DNA of 63,994 bases, counting the filler, from Diploschistes diacapsis (taxonomy: Eukaryota): assembly GCA_023645945.1 (NCBI GenBank). It is 10 parts of 10 records of this genome, joined end to end, with 100 filler letters (N's around TTAATTAATTAA, not from the genome) between each part and the next. Parts side by side here need not be neighbours in the genome. Positions count along the whole stretch, not along the records: positions 1 to 4,125 come from JALAIB010001775.1; positions 4,226 to 8,341 come from JALAIB010001776.1; positions 8,442 to 12,555 come from JALAIB010001777.1; positions 12,656 to 16,758 come from JALAIB010001778.1; 6 more parts are not named here. One strand, written 5' to 3'. Position 1 is the stretch's first letter. Each line of letters begins with the position of its first letter. The position numbers were made by a program, and so were the translations under genes. A model generated the notes under the pieces. That model was not told the DNA's origin and ran no database searches. It saw nothing but the letters and a program-made list of their open reading frames with translations. Shown in pieces: positions 1-13,329 of the stretch.

Positions 1-29
1 AAGACGTAGTGAACGGGTACGGCACTTAC

Positions 30-305
30 ATCCTCCAGCCCCCTCCCCTCCAAAACCCTCTCCGTCGTCGCCCCGACATTGCCCCCGTTTCTCGACAAAT
101 CCCATGCAATCGCCCTCCGATCCAGCTGCGGGAACATGTGCGCCACCTGATCGACTTTCCAGATGTCGACCCTGCGCGCAGCGGGTCCGCCCCGGCTCGA
201 AGGCGGCGAGGACTGCGAGCCAGGGGCAAAGAAGAAGTAGCGGACGCCGAAGAAGAGGAGGGCGCCTACTATGAGGATGGAAGGGAGGGACAAGGTGTCG
301 GACAT
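30..305 (-). CDS. CUE1: CUE-domain ER membrane protein (Cue1/Cue4-like), first exon; gene continues past the window start
   Basis: Manual translation from ATG at 305 (missed by the ORF track): MSDTLSLPSILIVGALLFFGVRYFFF (TM anchor)...VDQVAHMFPQLDRRAIAWDLSRNGGNVGATTERVLEGRGLED, with the CUE MFP motif. GTAAGT donor follows at 29. Confidence 0.85.
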
Positions 306-1568
306 GGTGGAAAGAGGTTATGCGGCGGCGAAGTCTTGGAGGCGGTAGAAGGGAGTCGTGGAAAAAAGGTTGCAAGAGGAGAGATACACACGGCTTGAAG
401 CTGGCTGCTTTGTGTCGGAGGCGCCGGTCTGCTTCCCCAGTGAACTCGGGTGATTCAGGTGGTAAGGAAGAGTTGTGAGAGAGGGTGGTCGCGCAGTTTC
501 CGAGACGGCCCCTGCTTGCCCGGCAGGCCCGAGCTTTCCGCCCTTCGGTCACGATTTTTCCGAGGCGAAGAATAAAGATTCCGTATCGCTCTTGACAAGT
601 GGAGGAGAAGAGAAGGCCAAAAAGTCCGTTAGAGATCGTAGTAGTAGGGAGGAAACGAAATGTAGTAAAAGAAAGCCGTACGATTTCTATAGGGAAGATC
701 ACATCAGCAACAAGGCTTGGCGCCCAGCTCACACATCTTTCAGTTCTACAAGCCTGCTGCTACTTAAAGCTCTCGATACGTTAAGGGGCATGAATGCAAA
801 ATTCGTCGGTTTCGCAAAGATACAGAGTACACTCAATAACTGATTTCGTTTGCGCTATATGCAGCTGCTCTCCAGCGCGCGCGCGGCGGCTCATACATTA
901 CGAGCCATCTGTCAGAGCATCATCCCAAGTGAACAGCACGGACATGGCAAAACCTGCCCCTTTTTGAGTTGCCAGCAACGAGTCCATGGGTTGGCTGGCT
1001 CGTACCCTTAGTATTCCGGATGTCAGCACTCACCCCCACAAGACCGTCAGGTATATAAAGTGCGACCCGAAGCTGCCGAAGGACTGCCCGCCACTACTAA
1101 AACCATCGCCCATCTATAACTCGTTCTTCGAACAATGAATAACCACAGGGCGTGCACCAGGCAGAAGGAAGCGCCCTAGCGAATGTGGACAAGCAGAGGG
1201 ATAAACATGGGATGGAGAAATGAGCGAAACGCCTTTCCAATGCCAGTCGTTAAATATGCTTCGATCCGCCTACCGGATGAAAGAGTCGTTAAACAGAAGG
1301 GTATCTATCGTTTCCAGAAAGGGCGGCCGTCTCCGAGAAAGATGAGACACTAATTCATTCCGCCATCTTCAAAACGCTTTTGGAGAACGTCATTTCTTCC
1401 GCCTCGGATAGTTTTGGAAATACCAAGTTAGAGGGAACATGCGCCCACGGTGTGCAGGTACCGGCCATTGGATTATGGGCCGTATTCGGTGAGAAGTCGT
1501 GCGTGACGAGTATAACAGACAGCCTAACGTGGAAGAAAGCTTTCACTGTAGCAGGAGGCAATACCAAA

Positions 1569-3954
1569 TCAACCTCTGGGCTCCCGTTGCACCCTGCTCA
1601 GCGTACGATCAGGGAGTGTGGATGGTGAGGGTGAATGGTGCGAAGAGATCTCTGCCCTGCGCTCGAAATCATGCTCGCGCAGTACGTTCTGGTATTTGGG
1701 CTCCTTCAAGAACTTCGGCACCGAGTCCTGGACTTTCGGTCAATAACCTCTTCGGGATAGATACCACGGAATCTGCTCACGCTCGACATTAACTTGAACA
1801 CGGAAGTTTGCGCTTCTTTGAACAGCCCGACCACCTCTTGTAGGCTTTTGAGCATTGCGTCGTCATCGCCGACGGCGCGCGTCATGCGACCGGCCAGGTT
1901 GTTTCGCAAATTGTGGTCAATGTTAAGCTCGCAAGGAGAGCCAGGCGCCAGGAAGGCGTTGTAGAGACCTGCCCCCCCCCCCCTCTTTGTCAGCGTAAAC
2001 AGGCCGCAAGGGCGCGCATGCTGTACTCACCATATGCGGCAGCCAAGCTCTCCCGGATCGCATCCATTCCCGTGAACATCTTCGCCCTCTCCGAAATGTC
2101 GTAGTGCTGCGTAAATTCTCGGACCTCCATGAAGAAAGAAAGGTTCTCCTCGCAGTGGGTGTCGCGCAGGTACTCTCGGAACAGCAGCCGAAGTGCCGGA
2201 TCGTTGACGATCACCATCAGGCGGTTGTTGTTCGAGTCTCGAGGGCCAGACTTCGCTTCGGCCTTCATGCCGTTTACTTTGGCGTTGCCGGCGCCCGCAC
2301 CAACCTCCTTACCGTCACGATCCGGAGAGCGATCGCGGCCACGCCACCCTGCGACGCGTTGGCCCTTGTCGGTGACGCCGTAGATGGCATTCCTGCTCGG
2401 CTGAAACAGCGCCGCGGCGGGGTTTTGCTGAACAAAAGCCTTGTCGTCGTGCACGGAGTGCATCAGACCGTGTTTCACGAAAAGCTCGCAAATTTCCCGC
2501 GTTTCACGACGGTCGACCGTCGTGCAACAATCCATGAGCCAATCCACGGCCGCTTTCCCGGTGAAGGTGTTTGAGACGATGCGGTCCCCCACCTTGCGCT
2601 CTCTGGCAATTTTTACACCCACCATGCCAGTGGTGTACTCGGTCACGGAATCGGAATCCGATACCGCGGTGCTGCCTTTGAGATTCGGTCCATCCTGGCC
2701 GGCAAAGCGTCGAAAGATGACCTCCACGGTGGCACGATCGGAATCGATCTTGTCCGACGAAAAGTCGCGTTCCATGATGACCAAATGCATGGTGTTGCGG
2801 GGCGAATCGAGAACGTCCAGGACGTGCCGTTGGCCGATTCCGTTGCGCTGGCAGAACATCTGCAGCACGTTCATCCCTTTGGGCGTCATCTGCCACACGG
2901 CATTCTTCAACGGAAACGCAACGGGCGGCTTTCCATCCGCAGCCTCGATGAAGCGTGCATCCATGAACCGCTGACAGACCGAGCGAGCCATTTCCTTTGC
3001 CATGGAAAATGTCGTGGTTGTCGTGGTCGTGACGATCCGCGAGGGATCTTTGGGGTCGGGCATCCTGTTCGACTGAGAGAATTTGAGCGAGCCAAGGTTG
3101 TTGATCGCTTCTTCCGAAGTGAAAGTGTGCTCTATCCTCTGGAAGCGTACTCTGTGCGGGGTCAAGGGCAGGCTGACCATCAAAGTCGCGAACAGATCCT
3201 TGAAGTCTCGCGTGTACGGCCGCTCATCCTCGGTCATCCGCAGCAACCTGGACGACGTCTGATGCATCTTGTTTGGGTTTCCCACCAGGGATGCCGCCGA
3301 CGCTTTGCGGTGACTGGGTGACGGACTACGATCCAGCACTCTCGGTCTGTCAACCGATGGTCTATCCGCCGAAGGTCCCTGCTCAGTCGACGCACGTTCT
3401 AGCGTGATGGCGGGCTTGTCGCCAGGCTCCGGCTCTGGTTGGATTGTAGAAGCGTCGATGGAGCTCGATGAGCTATGTGTTTCGCGAGAAGACTGCGACG
3501 AAAAGTTACTCCCTTTCGAATAGGCTTTGCGGGACCCAGATGTACTTGACGAAGTTTGCGATATGTTAGTGGGCTGGTGTGGTGGCTGCTCCTCCTGGTG
3601 TGGAGGTCGAGAGCGGAGCGACGAAGCAGAGTTTTTGGATCGAACGGCCAAATTAGTGAGCACGGTGCTCGTCTTTTCACGCGCAAGGGAGTAGAAGCCC
3701 TTGGATTGGGACGTCGGCACTGCTAAGTTCCTGCCTGCGGTGGAAGAGGTGGATTTATGTGATCTGAACGAAGGTCGCTGCTGCTGCGAAGTCGGCGGCT
3801 CATGTAATCTTTGCGAAGAGTCAGAGCCAGTAGCTGCAGGCAGTGCAGAGGAGTTGACAGTGTCGGGAACAGAAGGTTTCCGAGCAGCAGGATGTTTGGA
3901 GGAAGACGCAGTGAACGAATTGGAAGCGTCGATGTCTGATGGTGGATTAGGCAT
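1569..3954 (-). CDS. flbA: Regulator of G-protein signalling FlbA/Sst2 (two DEP domains plus RGS), 3 exons
   Basis: ORF 1990-3954 has DEP motifs (FTSEEAINNLGSL, FTGKAAVDWLMDC) and the RGS start (LFREYLRDTHCEENLSFF). Introns from GTGAGT at 2030 and GTGAGC at 1780 join GLYNAFLAPGSPCELNIDH...VFKLMS/DSVPKFLKEPKY. Stop TGA at 1569-1571. Confidence 0.95.
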
Positions 3955-4125
3955 GAAGGGTGGAGGGATGTTTGGTCTGCAGGTCTAACTAAGGCTGCTG
4001 GATCGTGTGGACTGGCGGTCTTTGCAGTGTGTCTGAGAGTGTCGAAAATGGGGACCCACTACTAGCCGTATAGGAAAGGCGGTAGCACGCCGCGACTAGG
4101 ATTTTGGGTTGGGGGGGGGGAGGAG

Positions 4126-4225
4126 NNNNNNNNNNNNNNNNNNNNNNNNNNNNNNNNNNNNNNNNNNNNTTAATTAATTAANNNNNNNNNNNNNNNNNNN
4201 NNNNNNNNNNNNNNNNNNNNNNNNN
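4126..4225. other. Artificial contig linker N44-TTAATTAATTAA-N44; identical linkers at 8342-8441, 12556-12655, 16759-16858, 20954-21053, 47574-47673, 51760-51859, 55946-56045, 60127-60226
   Basis: Identical 100-nt structure with stops in all six frames. Intervening pieces are 4116, 4114, 4103, 4095, 26520, 4086, 4086 and 4081 nt. Confidence 0.99.
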
Positions 4226-4441
4226 GATGGGGATGGGAAAGGGGATGGAGATGCTGGGGGCGGGGCGGAAGAGACGTGCGGCGAAGGCCAGGTCAGGAGC
4301 GAGGAGGCGGATGCGAAGCGGAGAGGAGATGAAGAAGCGGACTTCGAAGCGACGTTGAAGCAACTAAAGGAGGAAGAGGATCGGTGGAGGAAGGAGACGA
4401 AGCAGGCCCATGTCGAGGCGGTGGAGGACGAGGAAGCTTAA
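4226..4441 (+). CDS. 3' end of an unidentified gene truncated by the contig edge
   Basis: Purine-rich open frame ending ...EEADAKRRGDEEADFEATLKQLKEEEDRWRKETKQAHVEAVEDEEA-TAA. Confidence 0.5.
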   Translation, partial: DGDGKGDGDAGGGAEETCGEGQVRSEEADAKRRGDEEADFEATLKQLKEEEDRWRKETKQAHVEAVEDEEA

Positions 4442-4664
4442 TACCCCTTTGCTAAAAGCATGCTAGTTTAAAAAATTAGAAAACTACGTTGAATCCGTAT
4501 CATGCACAAGCCTCCTTGATCCCCTACGAAATCAAACCACCAATTCACCGGCACCGCCATCCCCCAAACCCAATAATCGTGCCCACCTGCATCATATCGT
4601 CCACCAATAAAACCCATGTATTCTTCTCCAGCCAAGATTCGCAAATCCCCCACCCGGTAAGCGA

Positions 4665-5394
4665 TCATCCACCGGAAAAAGCCCGACCTCGAAGCTCGTC
4701 AGTGACAGAATATCCGCCCTCGTCGCTCGAGCAACGCTCTTGAGGCCCCGCTGTCCGCTCATGGGCGCGCGATAGAGAAAGTACTAGAAGATAATGATGC
4801 CGAAGAGCAAGGCAAAAGGCGCAGCCGCACGGCCCAAGCACGGCCACACACGTCGGCGTTGTTGTCCATTTGCGCTGGTACCGTAGATGATCGCCCAGCA
4901 CGCAGCCGGCGCGGCAGTCGGAGACGCCCGAAGAGGACGGCGGCCCCACGTTGTTGCACGCGGATCGGGTCTCGTTGATTCCCCCCCCAAACCGTTGCGA
5001 GCACAGAAACCCACCATGCGGGGATTTTCCCGGTGCCCCGGTTGACATTCGAAGCCCGGATGTTCGAACGTCAGATGCTCCGATGAGGTGCAGGTACCCG
5101 CGTCGTAGATGCTCGGACGTCACCTCGCCCCTTTTTCCTTGGATCGTCCAGATATGGGACCATGGAGGGAATGAACTCAACCATGCCGGTTGCGGAGGGT
5201 ATATGATCGACAGGCTCTCTCAGCACCAAGCTCAGATAGTTGTCGAATCTACCCGCCCACGGGCTTCTGAGGTATCTGGTCGGAGAGGATCCTTGGGCCT
5301 GCTCCAGTTTGGCGGCCGCAGCTTGTCCACAATCATGAGCGGCATCGATATCTGCTAGCATCGCTGCCTTAGCCTTCCCTTTCCGAGGAGCCAT
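4665..5394 (-). pseudogene. Degenerate hypothetical gene, possibly frameshifted Cys-containing protein
   Basis: ATG in good context (GCCATGG, MAPRKGKAK...) followed by GC-rich coding-like sequence split over three frames. Family not recognised. Confidence 0.3.
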
Positions 5395-7695
5395 GGCAGA
5401 TCAAAGCAACAAGAGGAGGATTGAGGGCGTACGGGACGAGCGGAAATGGCCAAAAATTGGTCAGTTGAAAGTATGATCAGCTGTGAAGGACTGAGAGATG
5501 GGGACCTATCTTTGGAGAATCCCATAGGAAGAAGAAGCATGGGAACCGGGCAGAAGGTAAGTTGGACGGCGGAAGACGTCTCAATCACTTTAAGGAGGGG
5601 AAGTGGGAAGGCAAAGTCAAAATTCATGGAGAGTTAAGCGAAACCGGGACGCAAGAGCAGTAGCGCGTATACATGGCAGTAACTACCACATGCAAGCGAT
5701 AATGAAAAAATTGCCGCTGACAATATAATTAACGCTTCCAGCTGAAAGAGTTTCTATTTCTTTGAAATTGGGGTTGCTTGTCGCTGAAGGCGGGAGAAAG
5801 GGGTGGAGAGGAGGGGCATATGCGCAAAGATACAAAAGGGGCGTTCCTCTCTTCGTTGCAGCTTCAAAGATGACCAAATAGCCAGCTTCATGATGTTTAG
5901 TATAAGCTCATTCATGTATCCAAACAGAGCAGGAAGAGAAAACGATATTTGATCTCTCGAAGCCTCAGTCCTTGTGGCAAGGCCAGAGGCTCAACACAGC
6001 GAACACCAGCATATTTAGAGAATTCAATCGTATATTGTCATGAATAGACGCCCAACGTGAAAAGGGCGTATAGAAACTACGTAGGAGAGACGGGTAAGAG
6101 ATTGAGGCCGTGAGCCCGGAGAGATACGAAAAGGTTCTTTGAACCAACAAACCGCCGTGTCAACATCGGCAACCAAATTACATGATGCCTTCGGCGCGCG
6201 GAGCCAACGGGTCGTTTCACTATCCAACGGCGAGTCGCGGGTGCGCTTTTCTCTAAAAAAGTCACTGGTCCGCGAGGGGATCCATATCGACTATTCTGTA
6301 ATATGTGGTCCCAGGCGGCCCACGGAGCAAATGCAAACGGCGCCCGAGAAAGAAGTCAAGAAAATAGAAAGAGCCGGAAAACACATATAAAGAGCACGAT
6401 GAACAGAGCAATATCATAACAAGAATAAGAAAAAGACGCCGGGTTGATTGCAATCAACTTTCAAGAAATTATACATGGCAAAAAAAAGAGATGGACAAAG
6501 TGCACACCCGACACGCCTATGGGATCAGCGCACGGCGAACAGGTCAGAAAACTTGATTGGCCAAGAAATAAAGGCCAGAAGGACAAGATTGTTTAGATGT
6601 TGTTTCATTCAACGAAAGAAATAGCAGCATGGTACATCGGCAAGAAGTGTCTGGCAAGGTAGGCATAAGAGCCGAAACGACGGCACTTGGTCCATTGCAC
6701 AAAAAAACACGAGTCCCTAAAGACTGCTACAACCCCTTTGCTGATGCCATCAAAGACGTAGGAGCTGGAGAAGACAGTCATGAGAATCCCATTTCTCGAT
6801 TTGGAACGCCTCGTACTTGCATGAGGCACATATGAAAGCCGTTAATTTTAAGGCCCGGCGGTTTGCACAACTGTGATGGCGGAGTCGAGTTGTGTTGCAG
6901 TGTTAAGAAACCTGGAACGTGCGATAAGTCATGCCATCGACGCGTCGGTGCTATTTAGAGAAAACTGCAATGTCCTGCGAGAAGATGAAGAAGGAACAGG
7001 GTCCGAGCCAACAACGGACCATGGATGAAGGCATTGGGTGTTGAGCGTGACTTATGTCGATGACGATAATTTCTCTATAATGCGTCGTGGTCGTGGTCGT
7101 GGACGTCGATGATGGGTAATGGAAATCCATATGGCATATAAAAATATCCATCAACGGTGTGCAGAGCAGGCAGGAATTCCCAGGCTAAACCCCTACAGAA
7201 ATAGTGAAAGGATCGAGTATAAAGGGTTTTGTGCGTTGTTCAACTGTAGCATCCGAATTGTTGTTCCATCTTCATTCTGCAGAGCGAGTACTTGCAGCCA
7301 TCGCGAGTCTGTTTCTCAAAAACCATCAGCCCCAATAGGAATTGGTTTTGGCAAAGGAAATACCTCATGTCAATGGCGAAGACGAGTGCCAGCACCCACA
7401 GGGAATCCGTACGTTTTGGCAATCTGACCATAATTGTCTAAGACAGACAGCAAGACTGGCAGCGCATTTACACTCGCTCGCTACGTACGCAGTCGCCAGG
7501 CTTTGTGATGGTTTGAGTTCTACTAGGATAAAACCTTTGAAGTTGCTGCTTCTGGTGTTTGGTGTTTTCCCGTTGCGGACCTGACTCCGGTGGGGGGTCC
7601 GGGTTTTCCCCCTATTGCGGGGGCTCTTTCCTTGCACCTCACAACCCCCAATCTCTCGCACTTTTCCATTAACGCGGGAAAAACCTCTCGTCACC

Positions 7696-8341
7696 ATGGC
7701 CGCGCCCTCCACCCTAACATCGACCGACCTCAGCCAATCCGTCTACAGCGAACCGACGTCCGGCTCCAGCGCGGCCAAAACGACATTCAAGATCGGCACG
7801 CGGGCCTCGGCGCTCGCGCTCGCGCAGACCGGGATCCTGATCTCGCTGCTGGGGCGGACGCACCCGGGGTACGAGTTCGCGGTGCAGGCTCGGCGGACGG
7901 CGGGGGACAGGGACCAGGGCCGGGCGCTGCACGCGTTCGACGCGAAGGCGCTGTGGACAGAGGAGCTGGAGGCGGAGCTGGTGGCGGGGGCGACGGACCT
8001 GGTGGCGCACTCGCTCAAGGACCTGCCGACGCAGCTGCCGGCCGGGTGCGGGCTGGGCGCGGCGTGCGTGCGGACGGAGCGGCGGGACTGCGTCGTGGTG
8101 AGCCGGGCCGGGCGCGCGCGCGGCTGGCGCGGCCTGGCCGACCTGCCGCCCGGCAGCGTGGTCGGCACCAGCTCCGTGCGCCGCATCGCCCAGTGCCGCA
8201 GCCTCTTCCCCCACCTCGCCATCCAGGACGTCAGGGGCAACGTCGGCACGCGCCTGGCGAAGCTCGACCACCCGGCCGAGCGCTATGCCGCGCTGATCCT
8301 GGCTGCTACGGGACTGCAGCGCACCGGGGAGGGTGAGAGGG
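7696..8341 (+). CDS. HEM3: Porphobilinogen deaminase (hydroxymethylbilane synthase), 3'-truncated
   Basis: KIGTRASALALAQT, ALWTEELE, VAHSLKDLPTQLP, VGTSSVRR, DVRGNVGTRLAKLD motifs. Confidence 0.96.
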
Positions 8342-9229
8342 NNNNNNNNNNNNNNNNNNNNNNNNNNNNNNNNNNNNNNNNNNNNTTAATTAATTAANNN
8401 NNNNNNNNNNNNNNNNNNNNNNNNNNNNNNNNNNNNNNNNNGTTTGAGGGAAGGGGAGTGGGGTGCAGGTGCAGGTGCGGGTGGAGGAGTTAGGAGGAAG
8501 ATGGTGTTAGACAGTGGAGGAGGTGGGCGTAAGTGGGAAGTCGGGTGTTGGTGCTTGTCTTTTGTGGAAAGCGTGGATTAGCGACAGATTTTGTCTTATG
8601 TTTAACTTGTGTTTTATGGTGATAGCGGTAAACTTTTTTATTAGCAGGATTGATAGGGTTAGCTATGGAGCAACGATGTTGTGATTGGCGTCAGCCAACA
8701 TCCATTTATGCATGCATGCATCAATATGAGCTGAAGTGCTTTTCTCACATCACTTCTGGGCTTGATCAAACTTTTCAATCAGACAGCTAGCTACAATTTA
8801 CATGAGCCTTCATCCGTTGTCTCACAGAGCCGACTCGCCTCGCAACACTTGTACCTCCATAACTGGGCAACCGCGAAGCAGCACATGACCCTCCACTTCA
8901 TACGACATGTCCCTTTCTCCCTACTGAACCTCCCCCCTCTGCACATCTCCTTCCCAAGCGCACTACCTGTCACCTTAGACACACGAAAGCAGGAAAAGGC
9001 CCAGCTCAGCCCAGCTTACCCAAAAGCATGCTCGACCCTCTGCCCAAACATCGTCGGCAGCTCTATCACCACATAGCGTCGCGTCAGCATCGACCTCTAC
9101 CATCACAGGATCGACAACGCAAACGAGCAGGGAAGCAAGCTGAAGACAAACGGTAGATTAAACCAGCCCAACCTAGAATCGCCCTTGCTAGCCACATGAA
9201 CAGGGCCAGCTCACCCGTAGCCCCAGGCT

Positions 9230-10634
9230 CTGCATAATTCCATAACTTTTCCGCAACGCCAGCCCCTTTACCCCACGGGCGTATAGACGAGATGATTTAG
9301 ATGGTCGATGCGCGGTTTTGGCGCACGCGCTCGAAAAGCCGTGGCAGCTCCGGCACTGCGTCGTTGTCGTTGTCGTTGAGTGTAGTAAATGTGACACGTG
9401 TATATGGATGCGAATATGTGCGTGTGCACAGGCGAACAGGAAGCCGAGAGCGCTGGCGTCTTCGAGGGCGTGGTTGGCGGTTGGCCGCTTAGGGGAGTAT
9501 CTTGGGCGTAGGTGAAAAAGGGGGTTTTCGTGTACTGGATGCGCGGCGTCCCCCTATCAGCACGAGCCTGCCGTGAGTCCATTTTGGGAAGGGCTCGTAG
9601 TAATTCAAAGGCCAGCATTTGACCGATTCTGCGAGCCTGGAATAGGGGGTTGCTTGTGTTGTTGGCGATGTATGTATGTGGGACGTACTCAAATATCTTT
9701 TTTTGAATCCGTCAAGAAGCTCAGCTTTCTAGTCTGGACGTAATGCTGTCAATAGCCAGAGTACGGCCACTTGTCGTGCGGGCAGGATTCAGGTACCTGT
9801 GTGACTCTCTCGGCCAACTCCAGTGGGACAGACGCCTACGAAGTCCTGGACCTCACCACTGTTAGACATGTATCAGCCTACCTCTGCTCATCTTCACCAC
9901 CTACGCTTCGTCAATCCACTCACTCTCGACAACTGTACCAAGCTAAATGCCTATAGCCCTTTCGCTCGGTTCTGGTGTCCTAAACAATGGTGACGGTCTT
10001 GCCCTTCCAGGCCGAAAGCTTTTCCAGACCGTCCTCTTCTGCCTTGGCAGTTGGAACAAATAATCTGAACCCACTTTTGTCAGTCTTTGCAGGTTGACAC
10101 ACTTCCACATCCAGCACAGCTCGCCGAGCAACGGAATGCAGTCCATCAGCGCCCACGATCACGTGGGCTTTTGGGTCAGCCCCTTTCCCTCCCCACCTCC
10201 GCTTTCGGTTCCTTTCCTTTCGTTTTCCGTTCTATCCTCCATCGCCAACCTCATCAACTCCGTATGGAGATCCACCCGGTGAATGGTCAAGAAATCCGCG
10301 CCATATCTTCCCTTACACCAGACATATCGTTGGTAGATATGAGCCACAATCAAGTCCATCCCCGAGTCCTAGGAAAGCGCGCGGCACGCACGCGCACGCG
10401 TCCGGCAGAATTCAAGCCTATTGCACTTCATTCAGGCAGATTGCCAGGGCGGCGCCTACTTCGGTTGCAAAGGCGGATTTTTCAAAAATCTTTAGCAGGA
10501 ATCAGGGAGAGACACAGGTGGGATTGGGAAAGTGGAGCAAGCGCTAACTTTACTTGATGCCCTGTCTGTCTCAAAGCGACGGCTGCACTGAGGCCAGCGA
10601 TGCCGGCGCCTAGAATGGCGATTTCCAGAGGCAT
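9230..10634 (-). pseudogene. FAD-dependent monooxygenase (salicylate hydroxylase-like) pseudogene
   Basis: Fragments in the expected order: IAILGAGIAGLSAAVALR, FEKSAFATEVGAAL then a stop, HRVDLHTELMRLA, VIVGADGLHS, GRLVLIG with a +1 G before DAAHP, ANHALEDASALG, RLFERVRQNRASTI-TAA. Several stops, frameshifts and deletions. Confidence 0.85.
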
Positions 10635-11329
10635 TAATGGGGGGCCTTCAGGATTGGAAAGTGACATGGATACGAGGCACAAAAACACCCCAAGTGCAAC
10701 AGAGGCTGGAATATAATTCTTTGCGGCAGCTTAAACGTGGAGACAAAGCAGATTGGCTATGCAGGAATGGGAGCTTATACAAAGAGATTCCAACTCTGAA
10801 CCTTCCAACATCATAAACCCAAGAACAAGCAATGAGTGAATCACATAGTACGCTGATAAGCAATGAGAAGGCATTTCAGATCGACGAAGCGTATTGGCGT
10901 GGACCTACATGCCTCGTTGAAGAAATAAACCGAAGGTATGCGTATATTAATAGCAGTAATAGAAAAACATTTTGGTTTCTTAAGGCTCACTTCCGGCTTA
11001 AATATCTTATTGTGCTTGTTCGAGCATTACCTACTTGAGGATGGATATAGAAGTGGATCAAAGGCTGGGCAAGACTAAGAAATAGTTACTGGCTTAAGAC
11101 TAATAATGTGGAGGTTGGAATTTCTGCCAAGACATCTGTTTCTTCTCTACAGGAAGTCCCGGCGGAATTTCATCCAACTATCACAATAACCATCCTAAGT
11201 CCCCTTTGATCCAATTCTAAAAGGTCGCTTGGTGACCAGGAAATCACTCCACCCTCGTTATTCACAGAATACTGCTCCTTATACGGCGCTTCTACTTTCT
11301 CTCCTCCCACGCCTGCATCAACCCTCACA

Positions 11330-12117
11330 ATGGCTCGAGACCCAAATCCACCGCGTCAGCGCGATCGAGACAGGACTAGAGATAGAGACCGCCATCGAGC
11401 CAAACGAGACCGTGATAAAAGCCAAGACAGAGCTAGAGATAGAGACCGGGATCGACACCGGTCAAGACGAGGTAAGTCTTGCTCTCAACGCACCCATTGC
11501 ATTCCTCCTTTCCTTTCTAACTGTCCCTTTTCGCAGACGAGCCTCGCCGTCGCCGCTCTCCCTCGCGCTCCCGTTCACGTTCCCCTCCCCACCGCAGACA
11601 CGATTCACATTCCCCCGTGCAACCTTCGCGAATACGGCGCTCAGCAACACGCTCACGCTCTCGCTCACCACCGCGCCGCCATGATCGAAACTCAGAACAC
11701 GAGCGACCACGATCTCGCTCTCCGAGGCCACGCAAGCTCGTCAACCCCACGACACGACAACCTCCCCCCAAGTCCGGCGCGTCTGGCCCGCCCCCCACAA
11801 CCGAGCGCGCAAAGCCCCCCCGACCACAACGTGACGACCTGTCCGAAAAGATGGACGTTGAACCGACCGGAAACGGTACCACCCCCAAGAAGCCCGGCAA
11901 GAAAGCTAAGCCTGATAAGATGGATGTCGACGTAGAGGAGGACGAAGAGATGGTCCGGATGAGGGCGACGATGGGCTTCGCGGGCTTTAAAAGCACGAAG
12001 AACACGAAAGTTCCCGGGAACAACGTGTATGGCGTGAGGAGGGAGAAGAAGGCGGAGTACAGGCAGTACATGAATAGGGTGGGTGGATTTAATAGGCCGC
12101 TTAGTCCTAGCAGGTGA
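11330..12117 (+). CDS. SNRNP27: U4/U6.U5 tri-snRNP 27 kDa protein (RS-rich N-terminus, DUF1777 C-terminus), intron 11472-11536
   Basis: RD/RS repeats; C-terminus MGFAGFKSTKNTKVPGNNVYGVRREKKAEYRQYMNRVGGFNRPLSPSR. Confidence 0.92.
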
Positions 12118-12655
12118 GGATGGTGGATGCAGGAAGGGAGTGTTGTTGATGTCTTTGGTGGGAGTGATGGCTGGATGGAAGAGACATTGAGATGGAGGGG
12201 ACCTTTGGCGTAGAGTTCTTTTGGGTTAGTTTCTGGAGAAGAAAAGGAAATGGAGGCTGGGGACCGGGGGGGGCTCTGGGGGGAATGGATATGATACCCG
12301 ACTGCATTGGGAAATCTTGAACTTACTTGCATGGCGTATGGTGGTATTTCTCACTTCGGGGCAGCAAAGACATTCCCTTAGTCTTGTCGGTCCATACGTT
12401 ATGGAGAATACACTCAAGATATTGGACAAGCTTCTTACAGTCTCGGCAGCATCCGACTCAAAACAAATATACACAACTCCACCATCACCCCAATCCCAGC
12501 CCATCCATCCCTCCCTTTTGCGGGGGCACCCCATCCCTACAACACCCTCCTGGGANNNNNNNNNNNNNNNNNNNNNNNNNNNNNNNNNNNNNNNNNNNNT
12601 TAATTAATTAANNNNNNNNNNNNNNNNNNNNNNNNNNNNNNNNNNNNNNNNNNNN

Positions 12656-13065
12656 AACATAAACACTATAATTAAAAAATTTAAAATATAGACACTAACA
12701 CGGACACTATATTTCCGTAAATCTACTAACACGGACATTGCACTGCAGTAAAAGCACGAAAATACTTTTTTTTTTAATATTTTTAAAATTATTACGCTTA
12801 TTTCTCACGTTTTTATTTTTTAAAAATTATTTTTAAAAACACGGACACGGATACGGACACCGCAATTAAAAATTTTAAAATATGGATACTAACACGGACA
12901 TTATATTTCCGTGAATCCACGAACACGGACACCGCAATTAAAAAATCTAAAACACGGATACTAATACGGACACTATATTTCCGTGAATCCACGGACACGG
13001 ACACCGCAGCAAAAAAATCTAAAACACGGATACTGACACTGTCAGTGTCAGTGACGGCCAGCCTA
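12656..13065. mobile_element. Right end of a non-autonomous, hAT-like element built of 72-bp tandem units
   Basis: ACGGACAC-rich unit recurs at 12860, 12932 and 13004 (72-nt period). Ends in ACGGCCAGCCTA, the inverted counterpart of TAGGCTGACCGT at 14569. Confidence 0.65.
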
Positions 13066-13329
13066 ACTCCTTTATATGAATTGATAACGCAATAATGTGA
13101 AAACTCAAGACCACAAATAACGTAAGCTAGTAAAGAGAAGTATAAACTCATGATAACCTCGACCAAGAATCTTGAAAGAGAGGAGAAGTTATAAATACAT
13201 CATCAATAAAACCACCGTTAAAGCGATTTTACGACGAGCAGCGAACCTCAGGCACAAGGCAAGTAAAAAATGCCATAGTCTTCTATCATCAGAAGGGTCA
13301 AAGCAACTTATGATGAAAGTGCTCATCAG

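Noticed and set aside
5400..7600. Short ORFs upstream of HEM3
   Set aside because: No recognisable motifs, consistent strand or splice model; could hide a decayed gene but this is unsupported.
7590..8336. Long alternative-frame and antisense ORFs over GC-rich genes (also 39001-40858 and 2104-3321)
   Set aside because: Shadow ORFs caused by high GC3 in HEM3, PMP47, IWS1 and flbA.
12840..13030. CRISPR-like array
   Set aside because: The units are tandem near-identical 72-mers without unique spacers, in a eukaryotic TE context with no cas genes.
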